Source: an uncultured Verrucomicrobiae bacterium
GTDB taxonomy: Bacteria > Verrucomicrobiota > Verrucomicrobiia > Chthoniobacterales > UBA10450
DNA: 64,000 bases
NCBI GenBank assembly: GCA_963834385.1
Contig: CAWIBO010000003.1
Span: 160,001 to 224,000 of the forward strand
Direction: 5' to 3'
The notes below the pieces were generated by a model. That model searched no databases. It worked only from the letters and a program-made list of their open reading frames with translations, and was not told the origin of the DNA. Position 1 is the stretch's first letter, and each line of letters begins with the position of its first letter. Of the stretch, positions 1 to 11,216 are shown in pieces. The translations under genes and the position numbers were made by a program.

Positions 1-2886
<2,886 letters not shown>

Positions 2887-2907
2887 GCCTCTTTCCGCGA
2901 CCATTTC

Positions 2908-2950
2908 CGAAAGTCGAACCGGTTCCGGCCGGTTCGACTTTCGTGTTTTG
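2908..2950 (+). terminator. Intrinsic terminator after rpoC
   Basis: 15-bp perfect inverted repeat CGAAAGTCGAACCGG / CCGGTTCGACTTTCG followed by TGTTTTG. Confidence 0.7.
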
Positions 2951-2965
2951 GGAGTAAACTCCCTC

Positions 2966-3526
2966 ATGTCGATCGCAACCAAAACCGGCGACTCGGGCGA
3001 GACCTCCCTCATGTACGGCCGCCGGGTTTCCAAGGCCGACCCGCGGGTGGAGGCCTACGGCTCCGTGGACGAACTCAACGCCGCGCTGGGCGTGGTCCGC
3101 GTCATGGCCGGCGGCGACTCCTTCCTGCAGGACCAGGTCCATGCGGTGCAAAAGGAGTTGATCGTCGTCATGGGCGAACTGGCCACCGCGCCGGCGGATC
3201 TGGCCCGCTATACGGCCGACGGTTTCCATCTGACCACGGGGGAGATGGTGGAGGGTTTGACCAGGGCGGTGGAACACCTCGAACAGGAGAAGCTGGTCAA
3301 TTTCAAGGGCTGGGCCATCCCGGGCGACACGCCTGTGGGAGCGGCCCTGGACGTGGCCCGGACCACCTGCCGGCGGGCTGAGCGCCGGGTGGCCTTCCTG
3401 AGCGCAGGGGAGACCCCGGTGAACCCCGAAATTCTCCGTTTTCTGAACCGGCTTTCCGACCTGTGCTGGCTCCTGGAACGTTACGCCGCCCAGAGGCAAA
3501 ACAGCCCTGCCGGGAGCCAAATTTAG
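2966..3526 (+). CDS. ATP:cob(I)alamin adenosyltransferase, PduO type
   Basis: MSIATKTGDSGET, EAYGSVDELN, ARTTCRRAER and LNRLSD motifs; start taken at ATG 2966. Confidence 0.92.
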   Translation: MSIATKTGDSGETSLMYGRRVSKADPRVEAYGSVDELNAALGVVRVMAGGDSFLQDQVHAVQKELIVVMGELATAPADLARYTADGFHLTTGEMVEGLTRAVEHLEQEKLVNFKGWAIPGDTPVGAALDVARTTCRRAERRVAFLSAGETPVNPEILRFLNRLSDLCWLLERYAAQRQNSPAGSQI

Positions 3527-3611
3527 GCTCGATTTTCTGTTTGCCTAAGCAGGCTTCCTGTAGCACCTTCCACGTCCCGCCGCGCCCAGCGTCTGGAGCG
3601 GCTTTTTCTGT

Positions 3612-4343
3612 ATGGCGACTACGACTGAATTAATCCCTGAATTGCTCGAGGCAGGTGTCCATTTTGGCCACCAGACCAAGCGCTGGAATCCCAAGATGCG
3701 CCCGTTCATTTTCGAACAGCGCAACGCCATCTACATCATCAACCTCGATGAGACCGTCAAACAGCTGCAGCGAGCGACCGATTTTCTGCAGGAAGTGACC
3801 CGCAAAGGCGGCAAGATCCTTTTTGTCGGCTGCAAAAAGCAGGCCCAGGAAGCGGTCAAGGAAGCGGCCACCGCCTGTGGTCAGTTTTACGTAAACCAGC
3901 GCTGGCTGGGCGGCACGTTGACCAACCTCACCACCATTCGCAAGAGCATCGGACGCCTGAAGTACATCGAGGAGATCGAGCAATCGCCCGAGTACAAGAA
4001 GATGGGCAAGCAGGAGCTGGCCGCGCTGGGCCGCGAAGCCGCCAAGCTGCGCCGGAATCTGGACGGGATCATTGAGATGCACCAGCTTCCGGATGCCATG
4101 GTGATCATTGATACGACCCGCGAGCAAAACGCGGTCAATGAGGCGCGGCGCCTGAATATTCCCACGGTCGCGATCGTTGATACGAACGCCGATCCGGAGA
4201 TTGTCGATTACCCCATCGCCGGCAACGACGATGCCATCCGGGCCATTCGCGTGCTCCTGCAAAAGCTGGTGGACGCCATCGTTTCCTCGAGTGGCGAGGC
4301 GCGCATCCGCGAGCAGGTGGAGATGGCCGGCGTTTCCGCCTAG
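3612..4343 (+). CDS. rpsB: 30S ribosomal protein S2
   Basis: LLEAGVHFGHQTKRWNPKM, RWLGGTLTN and IAGNDDAIRAI motifs. Confidence 0.99.
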   Translation: MATTTELIPELLEAGVHFGHQTKRWNPKMRPFIFEQRNAIYIINLDETVKQLQRATDFLQEVTRKGGKILFVGCKKQAQEAVKEAATACGQFYVNQRWLGGTLTNLTTIRKSIGRLKYIEEIEQSPEYKKMGKQELAALGREAAKLRRNLDGIIEMHQLPDAMVIIDTTREQNAVNEARRLNIPTVAIVDTNADPEIVDYPIAGNDDAIRAIRVLLQKLVDAIVSSSGEARIREQVEMAGVSA

Positions 4344-4368
4344 GCCCCTCCTTTTCCGCCCCCTTTCC

Positions 4369-5010
4369 ATGAGCACAGGCACCACCAACGTTGATCCGCA
4401 GCTGGTCAAGCAACTCCGCGAAAAGACCAACGCGGGCATGATGGATTGCAAACGCGCCCTGAGCGAGACCAACGGCGACATCAACAAGGCCGAGGCGCTC
4501 CTTCGCACCAAGGGGATCGCCAGCGCGAGCAAGAAGTCCTCCCGGGCCACCCGCGAGGGCATTGTCGCCTCCTACATCCATCTCCAGGGCAAGGTGGGCG
4601 TTCTCCTGGAAGTGGGCTGTGAGACCGATTTCGTGGCCAAGAACGAAAATTTCCGCGAGTTCGTGAAGGATATCACCCTGCACATCGCCGCGGCCCATCC
4701 CCTTTACGTCAGTCGCGAGCAGGTGCCGGCCGAGATGGTTGAGGCCGAGCGCGCCATCTTCGTCGGCCAGGTCAAGGACAAGCCGGCGAACGTGGTGGAT
4801 AAAATCGTGGAAGGGAAACTGGAGAAGTTCTACAGCTCCATCTGCCTGCTGGAGCAGGCTTTCATCAAGAATCCCGATCACACCATCAAGGAGCTCGTCT
4901 CGAGCAAGATTTCCGAACTCGGCGAGAACATCGTCATCCGCCGGTTCACCCGCTATTCGGTCGGGGAAGCCCTTCCCGGCAGCGGGGACGAAGCCAACGC
5001 CGCGGCCTGA
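4369..5010 (+). CDS. tsf: Translation elongation factor Ts (short form)
   Basis: [19 protein letters not shown] and CETDFVAKN motifs; directly follows rpsB. Confidence 0.98.
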   Translation: MSTGTTNVDPQLVKQLREKTNAGMMDCKRALSETNGDINKAEALLRTKGIASASKKSSRATREGIVASYIHLQGKVGVLLEVGCETDFVAKNENFREFVKDITLHIAAAHPLYVSREQVPAEMVEAERAIFVGQVKDKPANVVDKIVEGKLEKFYSSICLLEQAFIKNPDHTIKELVSSKISELGENIVIRRFTRYSVGEALPGSGDEANAAA

Positions 5011-5150
5011 GGCCGGCGCCCTTTTTCCGATACGCGCAACCGTGCCGGTTGCTGCGTTTTTCTAGTGCAGCGCCTTTCCAAGGCGCTTCCCGGCGTGACC
5101 GTGCACTGACGCGCGGAGCCGGAGGAAAACAAGGATTAACGAGGGAGAAA

Positions 5151-5693
5151 ATGAAACTGGAATCGTTGCAGACACTGTTGGAAGAAGAACTTAAGGACCT
5201 TTACAGCGCGGAGAAGCAGCTGGTGAAGGCCCTGCCGAAGATGGCCAAAAAGGCCTCCTCGGAGGAGCTCCGGGCGGCCCTGGAAGAGCACCTCGAGGTG
5301 ACAAAAGGTCAGGTGGACCGGCTCGAAAAGGTCTTTAAAAGCCTGGGTAAGCCGGCCAAGAGCAAGACCTGCAAGGCCATGAAGGGTTTGATTGAAGAGG
5401 CGAGCGAAATCCTGGAAGAGGATGCCACCGACGAGGTCCTCGACGCCGGCATCATCGCCGCGGCGCAGAAGGTGGAGCATTACGAGATCGCCAGCTACGG
5501 CACCGTCCGGACCTGGGCCCGCCTCTGCGGCGAGGACAAGGCCGCCGACCTGCTCCAGGAAACCCTGGATGAGGAAGGCGAAGCCGACGAGAAGCTGACG
5601 TCGCTGGCGGAGAGCGTTGTCAACCCGGAGGCGCAGGCCAACGGCAAGGCGCCCTCGCGCGGCACCAAAAAGAAATCGTCGTCGCGCCGGTAG
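5151..5693 (+). CDS. Ferritin-like YciE/YciF (DUF892) stress protein
   Basis: [21 protein letters not shown] and [16 protein letters not shown] motifs. Confidence 0.93.
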   Translation: MKLESLQTLLEEELKDLYSAEKQLVKALPKMAKKASSEELRAALEEHLEVTKGQVDRLEKVFKSLGKPAKSKTCKAMKGLIEEASEILEEDATDEVLDAGIIAAAQKVEHYEIASYGTVRTWARLCGEDKAADLLQETLDEEGEADEKLTSLAESVVNPEAQANGKAPSRGTKKKSSSRR

Positions 5694-5712
5694 GCTGGGC
5701 ACGGAAAAGCTT

Positions 5713-5755
5713 GAGCCATCGCGGTCCGACCGGCCGCGATGGCTCTTTTCTTTTT
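5713..5755 (+). terminator. Intrinsic terminator after yciF-like gene
   Basis: 12-bp stem GAGCCATCGCGG / CCGCGATGGCTC followed by TTTTCTTTTT. Confidence 0.8.
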
Positions 5756-5774
5756 CCCTCCTATACTCGGATCG

Positions 5775-7463
5775 ATGGGTTTGGCGGAATACAAGCGGAA
5801 GCGGAACTTCGGCGTCACGGCGGAGCCCAAGGGAGGCAAAGCACTGCCCAAAAAAGTGAAGGGCGCGTCCCGCTTCGTGATCCAGAAGCACGACGCCAGC
5901 CGGCTGCATTACGATTTTCGGCTCGAGATGGACGGCGTCCTCAAGTCGTGGGCGGTTCCGAAAGGGTTGCCCCTGGAGAAAGGGGAGAAACACCTCGCGG
6001 TGGAGGTGGAGGACCATCCGGTGGAGTACGCGACCTTTGAGGGAGTGATTCCGGAGGGCCAGTATGGCGGCGGCACCGTGATGCTGTGGGACGAGGGGAC
6101 CTACTCCGTCTTTGGCGAGAATCCCTTGCAGGCGCTCAAGAAAGGCCGGCTGCATCTGGTTCTGGACGGGAAAAAGGTGCGGGGAGAATGGGCCCTGATC
6201 CGCACCCGGATGGAGGCCGGCAAGCCGCAGTGGCTCCTCCTTAAGGCCACCGAGGATCACAAGCGCATCACCAAAAAGTCCGATGACCAGTCGGCCGTCA
6301 CCGGCCGTTCCATGAAAAAAATCGCGTCCGATCGTGACGCCGAATGGGAATCAAACCGCGCGGACGACCCGGCTTCGTCCCGGTTGAAAAGCCGGGTCCG
6401 GCGGGCTGTAAAAAAAAAGGAAAGCGCGCCCCGACGCCGTCCGGGAAAGGCAAAGAAAAACGGACCTGAGCTTCCGGCCGGCCTGCCGCGAAAGAACCCA
6501 GGTTTCATCTCACCCATGAAACCAAAGCTCGTCTCCGAGCCGCCCGCGGGGGAGGGCTGGGTCTACGAGCTGAAGTTCGACGGAATCCGCGCGCTGGCGG
6601 TGAAAAAGGGGAGGCAGGTGCAGCTTGTCTCGCGCAACGGCAACCAGTTGGCCGGTCGATTCCCGGAGGTCAGCTCGGCCTTTGCCCGTCTCGGGACGGA
6701 GGAATTCGTGGTTGATGGCGAAGTGGTGGCGCTCGATCCGAAGGGGAGAACCTCTTTTCAACTGCTGCAGTCGCGTGAGGCCGATGCCAGGCCGGCTCCG
6801 CTTTGCTATTACGCCTTTGACCTCCTGCAAGCGTCCGGGCATGACCTGACCGGGCTTCCCCTGCGGGAGCGCAAGGAGCTGCTCGAGGCGCTTCTTGGAA
6901 AGGACGATCCCATGCTGCGGTATTCGGGCGAGATCGGTGGATCGCCGGAAAAGCTGCTGCGCGAGATTCAGCGTCTCGGCCTGGAGGGGATCATCGGCAA
7001 GCGGCATGACTCGGTTTATGAAGCCGGGCGCCGCAGCGGGGCCTGGATCAAGTTGAAATGCCTGAACGAGCAGGAATTCGTCATTGGCGGGTTCACCCCC
7101 CCGGCCGGCTCGCGCAAGCACTTTGGCGCCGTCCTGGTCGGTTATTACGAGAAGAAGCGGCTGCTTTTCGCGGGCAAGGTCGGAACCGGGTTTGACGGGA
7201 GGATGCTGCGCGACCTGGCCCGCCGGTTTGAGGATTATGCGCAGGAGGAGTGCCCGTTTGCCGATCTGCCCTCAAAAGCGGGCGGGAAGTGGGTCCAGGG
7301 TATCACCCCGGCGGCCTTCCGGCGCTGCCACTGGCTCCGGCCGGAGCTGGTGTGCCAGGTGCGGTTCGCGGAATGGACGCGGGAGGGCAAGCTGCGCCAG
7401 CCGGTTTTTCACGGTTTACGGGAAGACAAGGCCCCCCGGGAAGTCGTGCGCGAAAAGGCCTGA
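5775..7463 (+). CDS. ligD: NHEJ DNA ligase LigD, phosphoesterase plus ligase domains (no polymerase domain)
   Basis: N-terminal FVIQKHDASRLHYDFRLE and SWAVPKG (PE domain). YELKFDGIR (adenylation Lys), VDGEVV, EGIIGK, WIKLK and C-terminal OB fold. Confidence 0.92.
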   Translation: MGLAEYKRKRNFGVTAEPKGGKALPKKVKGASRFVIQKHDASRLHYDFRLEMDGVLKSWAVPKGLPLEKGEKHLAVEVEDHPVEYATFEGVIPEGQYGGGTVMLWDEGTYSVFGENPLQALKKGRLHLVLDGKKVRGEWALIRTRMEAGKPQWLLLKATEDHKRITKKSDDQSAVTGRSMKKIASDRDAEWESNRADDPASSRLKSRVRRAVKKKESAPRRRPGKAKKNGPELPAGLPRKNPGFISPMKPKLVSEPPAGEGWVYELKFDGIRALAVKKGRQVQLVSRNGNQLAGRFPEVSSAFARLGTEEFVVDGEVVALDPKGRTSFQLLQSREADARPAPLCYYAFDLLQASGHDLTGLPLRERKELLEALLGKDDPMLRYSGEIGGSPEKLLREIQRLGLEGIIGKRHDSVYEAGRRSGAWIKLKCLNEQEFVIGGFTPPAGSRKHFGAVLVGYYEKKRLLFAGKVGTGFDGRMLRDLARRFEDYAQEECPFADLPSKAGGKWVQGITPAAFRRCHWLRPELVCQVRFAEWTREGKLRQPVFHGLREDKAPREVVREKA

Positions 7464-7540
7464 GCTCGCCCCTTGCCGAGGGCGAAGAAAGCTGCATACT
7501 TCCCACTCCTGCGCGCCCTGACATCCGGGGCGGTGGACCC

Positions 7541-7616
<76 letters not shown>

Positions 7617-7660
7617 TGCCGGCAGTTGACCGGGATGACGATGCGGCGCATGTCATGGCC

Positions 7661-8086
7661 ATGAAACGTAAAGCATCGGCAGAATGGAAAGGGGATCTCA
7701 AGACCGGCCAGGGGACGATCTCCACGGAAAGCACCGTCCTGAGCAGCACGCACTATTCGTTCAGCAAACGATTCGAGGAGGAAAAGGGGACCAACCCGGA
7801 AGAGTTGATCGCGGCGGCGCATGCCGGCTGTTTTTCCATGGCCCTTTCGGGGCAACTGGGCGCGGCCAATCTGAAGGCGGAAAGCATTCGCACGACCGCC
7901 TCGGTTTCGCTGGAGAAGGGGGACGGCGGCTTTGCCATCACCGCGATTCACCTGGAAGTCGCGGCGCGGGTGCCCGGGGCGGACGAGGCGGCCTTCGCGA
8001 AGGCGGCCCAGGCGGCGAAAGAGGGGTGTCCGGTCTCCAAAGTGTTGAACGCCAAGATCAGCATGGAAGCGAAGCTGGAAGGCTGA
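7661..8086 (+). CDS. osmC: OsmC family peroxiredoxin
   Basis: GTNPEELIAAAHAGCFSMALS and AKEGCPVSK with both catalytic Cys. Confidence 0.95.
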   Translation: MKRKASAEWKGDLKTGQGTISTESTVLSSTHYSFSKRFEEEKGTNPEELIAAAHAGCFSMALSGQLGAANLKAESIRTTASVSLEKGDGGFAITAIHLEVAARVPGADEAAFAKAAQAAKEGCPVSKVLNAKISMEAKLEG

Positions 8087-8134
8087 AGACCGGCCGGGGC
8101 GGAGGGGGCGCGGCGGATCCCTCTGTACGCAGAA

Positions 8135-8167
8135 GACCGCGTTGCGGGTTCGAGCCGCAACGCGGTC
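8135..8167. terminator. Hairpin between convergent osmC and peptide genes (possible bidirectional terminator)
   Basis: 13-bp perfect stem GACCGCGTTGCGG / CCGCAACGCGGTC; only a weak U tract. Confidence 0.5.
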
Positions 8168-8185
8168 AACGCTAAGGGAGACTGG

Positions 8186-8344
8186 CTACCAGAGGTTCTT
8201 GTTTTTTCCCCCGCCGCCTTTTCCGCCCCCGCCTCCCCCGCCACCGGAGGAGCTGTTGTTCTTGTTCTTATTTCCACCCTTCTTGCCGCCACCTTTGGCG
8301 TCTTTGCTGGGTTTCAGGTCGCGAACTTTAGGTTTAGTTGGCAT
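8186..8344 (-). CDS. Putative double-glycine precursor peptide A, 52 aa (not in ORF track)
   Basis: Manual translation: MPTKPKVRDLKPSKDAKGG-GKKGGNKNKNNSSSGGGGGGGGKGGGGKNKNLW*. A-rich 5' leader; paralogous to peptide B. Confidence 0.85.
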   Translation of the reverse strand: MPTKPKVRDLKPSKDAKGGGKKGGNKNKNNSSSGGGGGGGGKGGGGKNKNLW

Positions 8345-8416
8345 TTACTTGTTTTTTTTGTTTTTGGGTTCGTCGCGTTGGGGATTGGACCCTCTGCGAT
8401 GAAGGTTGGTCGGTCT

Positions 8417-8618
8417 TTAGTTGTTCTTGTTACCGAAGCCGCCGCCTTTTCCGCCGCCGCCGCCGCTCGCTGCCGCCGCCGACGTTATTTCCTTTGCTTC
8501 CCCCGCCGCCGAGGTTGTTGCTCTTGGATTTACCGCCGCCGCCGCCGCCTTTGGCGTCTTTCTGGGGCTCCAGGTCGCGGATTGTTGGTTCGGGTTTCGG
8601 GTCGTTTTGTTTGTCCAT
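8417..8618 (-). CDS. Putative double-glycine precursor peptide B (apparent 1-nt insertion near 8468)
   Basis: MDKQNDPKPEPTIRDLEPQKDAKGG-GGGGKSKSNNLGGGGSKGNNVGGGS; removing one base continues SGGGGGKGGGFGNKNN*, which matches the tail of peptide A. As written it ends ERRRRRKRRRLR* at 8430. Confidence 0.8.
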
Positions 8619-8624
8619 GGTGTG

Positions 8625-8807
8625 TTACTGGTTGTGTTGGTTTGTTGGTTTGTTATCTGAAGAGGCCCCGAAGATCTGCCTTCCGCCGCTGACATCCCCT
8701 TTTGGGAGAAGATCATCGAGCCGGATCAGCTTTTCTTTTCTGCGCTTGGGCTTCCGGGCTTCTGGCCCTTCTGCCGGCGCATTTTCTGTATCCTTCGAGT
8801 CGCTCAC
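8625..8807 (-). CDS. Putative double-glycine precursor peptide C (GTG 8807 preferred; ATG 8846 alternative)
   Basis: MSDSKDTENAPAEGPEARKPKRRKEKLIRLDDLLPKGDVSGG-RQIFGASSDNKPTNQHNQ*. LDDLLPKGDVSGG aligns with the leaders of A and B; its stop lies 6 nt before the start of B. Confidence 0.7.
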   Translation of the reverse strand: MSDSKDTENAPAEGPEARKPKRRKEKLIRLDDLLPKGDVSGGRQIFGASSDNKPTNQHNQ

Positions 8808-8822
8808 GTTGCCCAATACATT

Positions 8823-8838
8823 ATCAGTATCCGTGCCA
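8823..8838 (-). promoter_or_regulatory. Candidate sigma-54 (-24/-12) promoter for the peptide genes
   Basis: Minus strand reads TGGCACGGATACTGAT against consensus TGGCACGNNNNTTGCW: perfect -24 box, correct spacing, GA instead of GC at -12. Confidence 0.55.
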
Positions 8839-8887
8839 GACCCCATTTTCCGTCCTTAACGAACCTCGACAATAATGTATAAGACAC

Positions 8888-8906
8888 TGTAAACGAGAAG
8901 GTTACA
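8888..8906. promoter_or_regulatory. Candidate upstream activator sequence (TGTAA-N9-TTACA)
   Basis: Inverted repeat in an AT-rich intergenic region, 50-70 bp upstream of the -24 box. Confidence 0.35.
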
Positions 8907-8988
8907 AAGAGGCAAATGAGCGAAAATAGGTTGAAAGCGGTCTCGGCGAAACCCTTAAAAAGGCACTAAAACGATACATCCACTGGCC

Positions 8989-10029
8989 TTATTCTGACCC
9001 TTCGGTGGTCGAGTTCTGGGCCATTGCTCGCAAATGGCGGGCAAGGGTGGCACGCGAGATTCCCAGCATCCGGGCGGTCCGCCGTTGGTTGCCGTTCATG
9101 TGACTGTAGACCGCCCGGATATGGCGCTGCACCGCGCTGCTCAGGGACAGGTCGTGATTCTCCTCCGTGGGGCCAGGCGCAAGACCCGAAGCGGCTGCGG
9201 CCGGCGGATCTCCCGGGCCGGGGTTTGTCACGGCCGCGTGGGAAACGGCCAGGTCAGGCGGGAAAACGACGTGGTGGGGCATGATGACCGAGCCCTCGCA
9301 AAACAGAGTCATGGTGCGAACGGTGTGGCTGAGTTCGCGCAGGTTTCCCCGCCAGTCGTGCGCGAGCAGCTTGGCCATGGCCGTGGGGTGAATGGCGGTG
9401 ATTTCCTTGCCTTCGCTCGCCGCGGAATGTTTCAGCTCGCCGGCGATCAACGGGGGCAGCTCTTCCAGGCGTTCACGCAAGGGCGGGATGAGGAGGGTCA
9501 GGCCGTTCAGGCGATGGTAGAGATCCTCCCGAAACTTTCCCTGGCGAACGCGTTCCCGCAGCGAGCAGTTGGTGGCGCAGATGATGCGAACGTCGGAGGT
9601 CAGCATCCGTTCCGACCCAAGCCGCTCGAATTCCCCGTATTCGAGTGCCCGCAGGACCTTGACCTGGGCGAGCGCGCTCATGTCCGCGATTTCGTCGAGG
9701 AAGAGGGTGCCGCCGTCCGCCAGCTCGAACTTTCCCTTCACCGTCTGCTGCGCTCCGGTGAAGGCGCCCCGTTCATGACCAAAGAGCTGGGATTCGAGGA
9801 GAGAATCGGTCATGGCCGAGGCGTTAAAGGCGATGAACGGCTGTTTGGCCCGGGTGGAGGAGTTGTGAATGGCGTGGGCCAGGAGCGTCTTGCCGGTCCC
9901 GGTCTCCCCGAGGAGGACGACGGGAACGTCGGAGCGGGCGGCGAGGGCGGCGAGGCGCAGGCAGCGGGCCATGGCCTCATTCGTCGTGGCCAAATCCTCC
10001 ACGCGCAGGTCGGAGAGCGTCCGCTGCAT
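8989..10029 (-). CDS. Sigma-54 enhancer-binding protein (AAA+ and Fis HTH) lacking an N-terminal sensory domain
   Basis: Walker A GETGTGKT, intact GAFTGA, LFLDEI, FREDLYHRL, WRGNLREL and HTH GNQRRTARMLGISRATL. The AAA+ domain starts within ~10 aa of the Met. Confidence 0.93.
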   Translation of the reverse strand: MQRTLSDLRVEDLATTNEAMARCLRLAALAARSDVPVVLLGETGTGKTLLAHAIHNSSTRAKQPFIAFNASAMTDSLLESQLFGHERGAFTGAQQTVKGKFELADGGTLFLDEIADMSALAQVKVLRALEYGEFERLGSERMLTSDVRIICATNCSLRERVRQGKFREDLYHRLNGLTLLIPPLRERLEELPPLIAGELKHSAASEGKEITAIHPTAMAKLLAHDWRGNLRELSHTVRTMTLFCEGSVIMPHHVVFPPDLAVSHAAVTNPGPGDPPAAAASGLAPGPTEENHDLSLSSAVQRHIRAVYSHMNGNQRRTARMLGISRATLARHLRAMAQNSTTEGSE

Positions 10030-10036
10030 CAGCCGG

Positions 10037-11207
10037 CTAGTTTACCGCGAGGTTTTCCTTGAGTTCCTTGATCGGCTCGAAGAACGACTCGATCAGGGTT
10101 CTCTTGCCGGTAACGATGCGGGCTTCGCCGCGCATCCCGACGCGCAGGGCGAGCTTGGGCGGCCTTTTTTCCCAGTCCTGGATGGTGGCGACCCCGACGA
10201 AGCGGGGTCCTTCCTGCGAGTTGACGGCGGAGGGGCTGATCCAGTCGAGACGGGCGTTGACGGCGCCATAGCGCTGGTAGGGGAAGGCGTCGAAAAAGAG
10301 CTTGGTGCTGAGCCCGGCGGTGAGCTTGGAAAGCCCGGCCTCGGAGAGGAGGAGCCGGGCTTGCGGGGTGGCCTCGACCCGGGCGAGCTGGCAGAGTTCC
10401 TGGCCATTCTGGACCACGTTGCCGACGCTGCGCTGGGAAACGGAAATAACCACGGCATCGTAGGGGGCCTGCACGGTCAGGAGGCTGAGCTGGCTGTTCT
10501 CGAGGTCGCCCTGCAGGGCGGCGAGTTTGACCCGGAGTTTCCCGATCTCCGAGACGGCATCGCCGCGCTGGCGGGCATGATCGGTCTCCATTTTTTGCCG
10601 GTCCAGGATCACCTGCTGCAGGGTTCTCTGCGCCACGCTCTGGTCCTTCTCGGACTCAGCGAGGTCGAGGCCGAGCTGGAGCAGTTCCACCTGGGAAATG
10701 CCGCCGGTCTTGGAGAGTTTCTCCATGCGCTCGACGAGTTCGCGGCTGGTGGAGGCGTGTTTCTCGCGAAATTCGACCTCGCTTTTGGCCTGCTCGATCT
10801 CGGCCTCCTTGATCTTTCTGCTGGGCGGCGAAAGCGGCATCCGCGCGTTCCAGGTTTTCCTCCTGCGCTTTGAGATCGGCCTCGGTGGTCCTGAGATCGG
10901 TGTTCCAGCTCCTGATTTCGTCCGAGCGCAGAACAAACAATTCCTCTCCCTTCTTCACCGTCTGGCCCTCGCGCGCGGCGACCTTGGTGACGACGGCCTG
11001 GCGGGGCGACTGGATCGGATCGGCGCCATCCTGCGGGACGAGGACAAACGGGCAATCCACCGTCTCCGGCAGGCGCACGATGATGGTGGCGAGGACGGCG
11101 ACAATGAACATGGCGATGAGGAGGCGGGAAGCCGCCCGGATGATCCAGGGGGGTGGATCCTGCGGGAGCATTTCCGACTCGGACTCGAAGGAATTGGAGG
11201 ACGCCAT
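10037..11207 (-). CDS. HlyD-family membrane fusion protein (apparent 1-nt insertion near 10816)
   Basis: N-terminal TM segment, lipoyl half-motif REGQTVKKGEELF, coiled coil, then DAFPYQRYGAV and LRVGMRGEARIVTGKRTLIE. The two ORFs join by removing one T of TTT at 10815-10817. Confidence 0.9.
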
Positions 11208-11216
11208 GGGATATGC

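Noticed and set aside
8186..8618. Microcin B17-type azole RiPP or lanthipeptide assignment
   Set aside because: No Cys in the cores and no YcaO, dehydrogenase or Lan enzymes in the window; only the poly-Gly composition is similar.
8142..8859. Plus-strand poly-Pro/Phe/Leu ORFs (8142..8402, 8338..8859, 8421..8660)
   Set aside because: Reverse-complement readings of the Gly/Lys/Asn peptides; the minus-strand frames carry the shared leader and match the transporter orientation.
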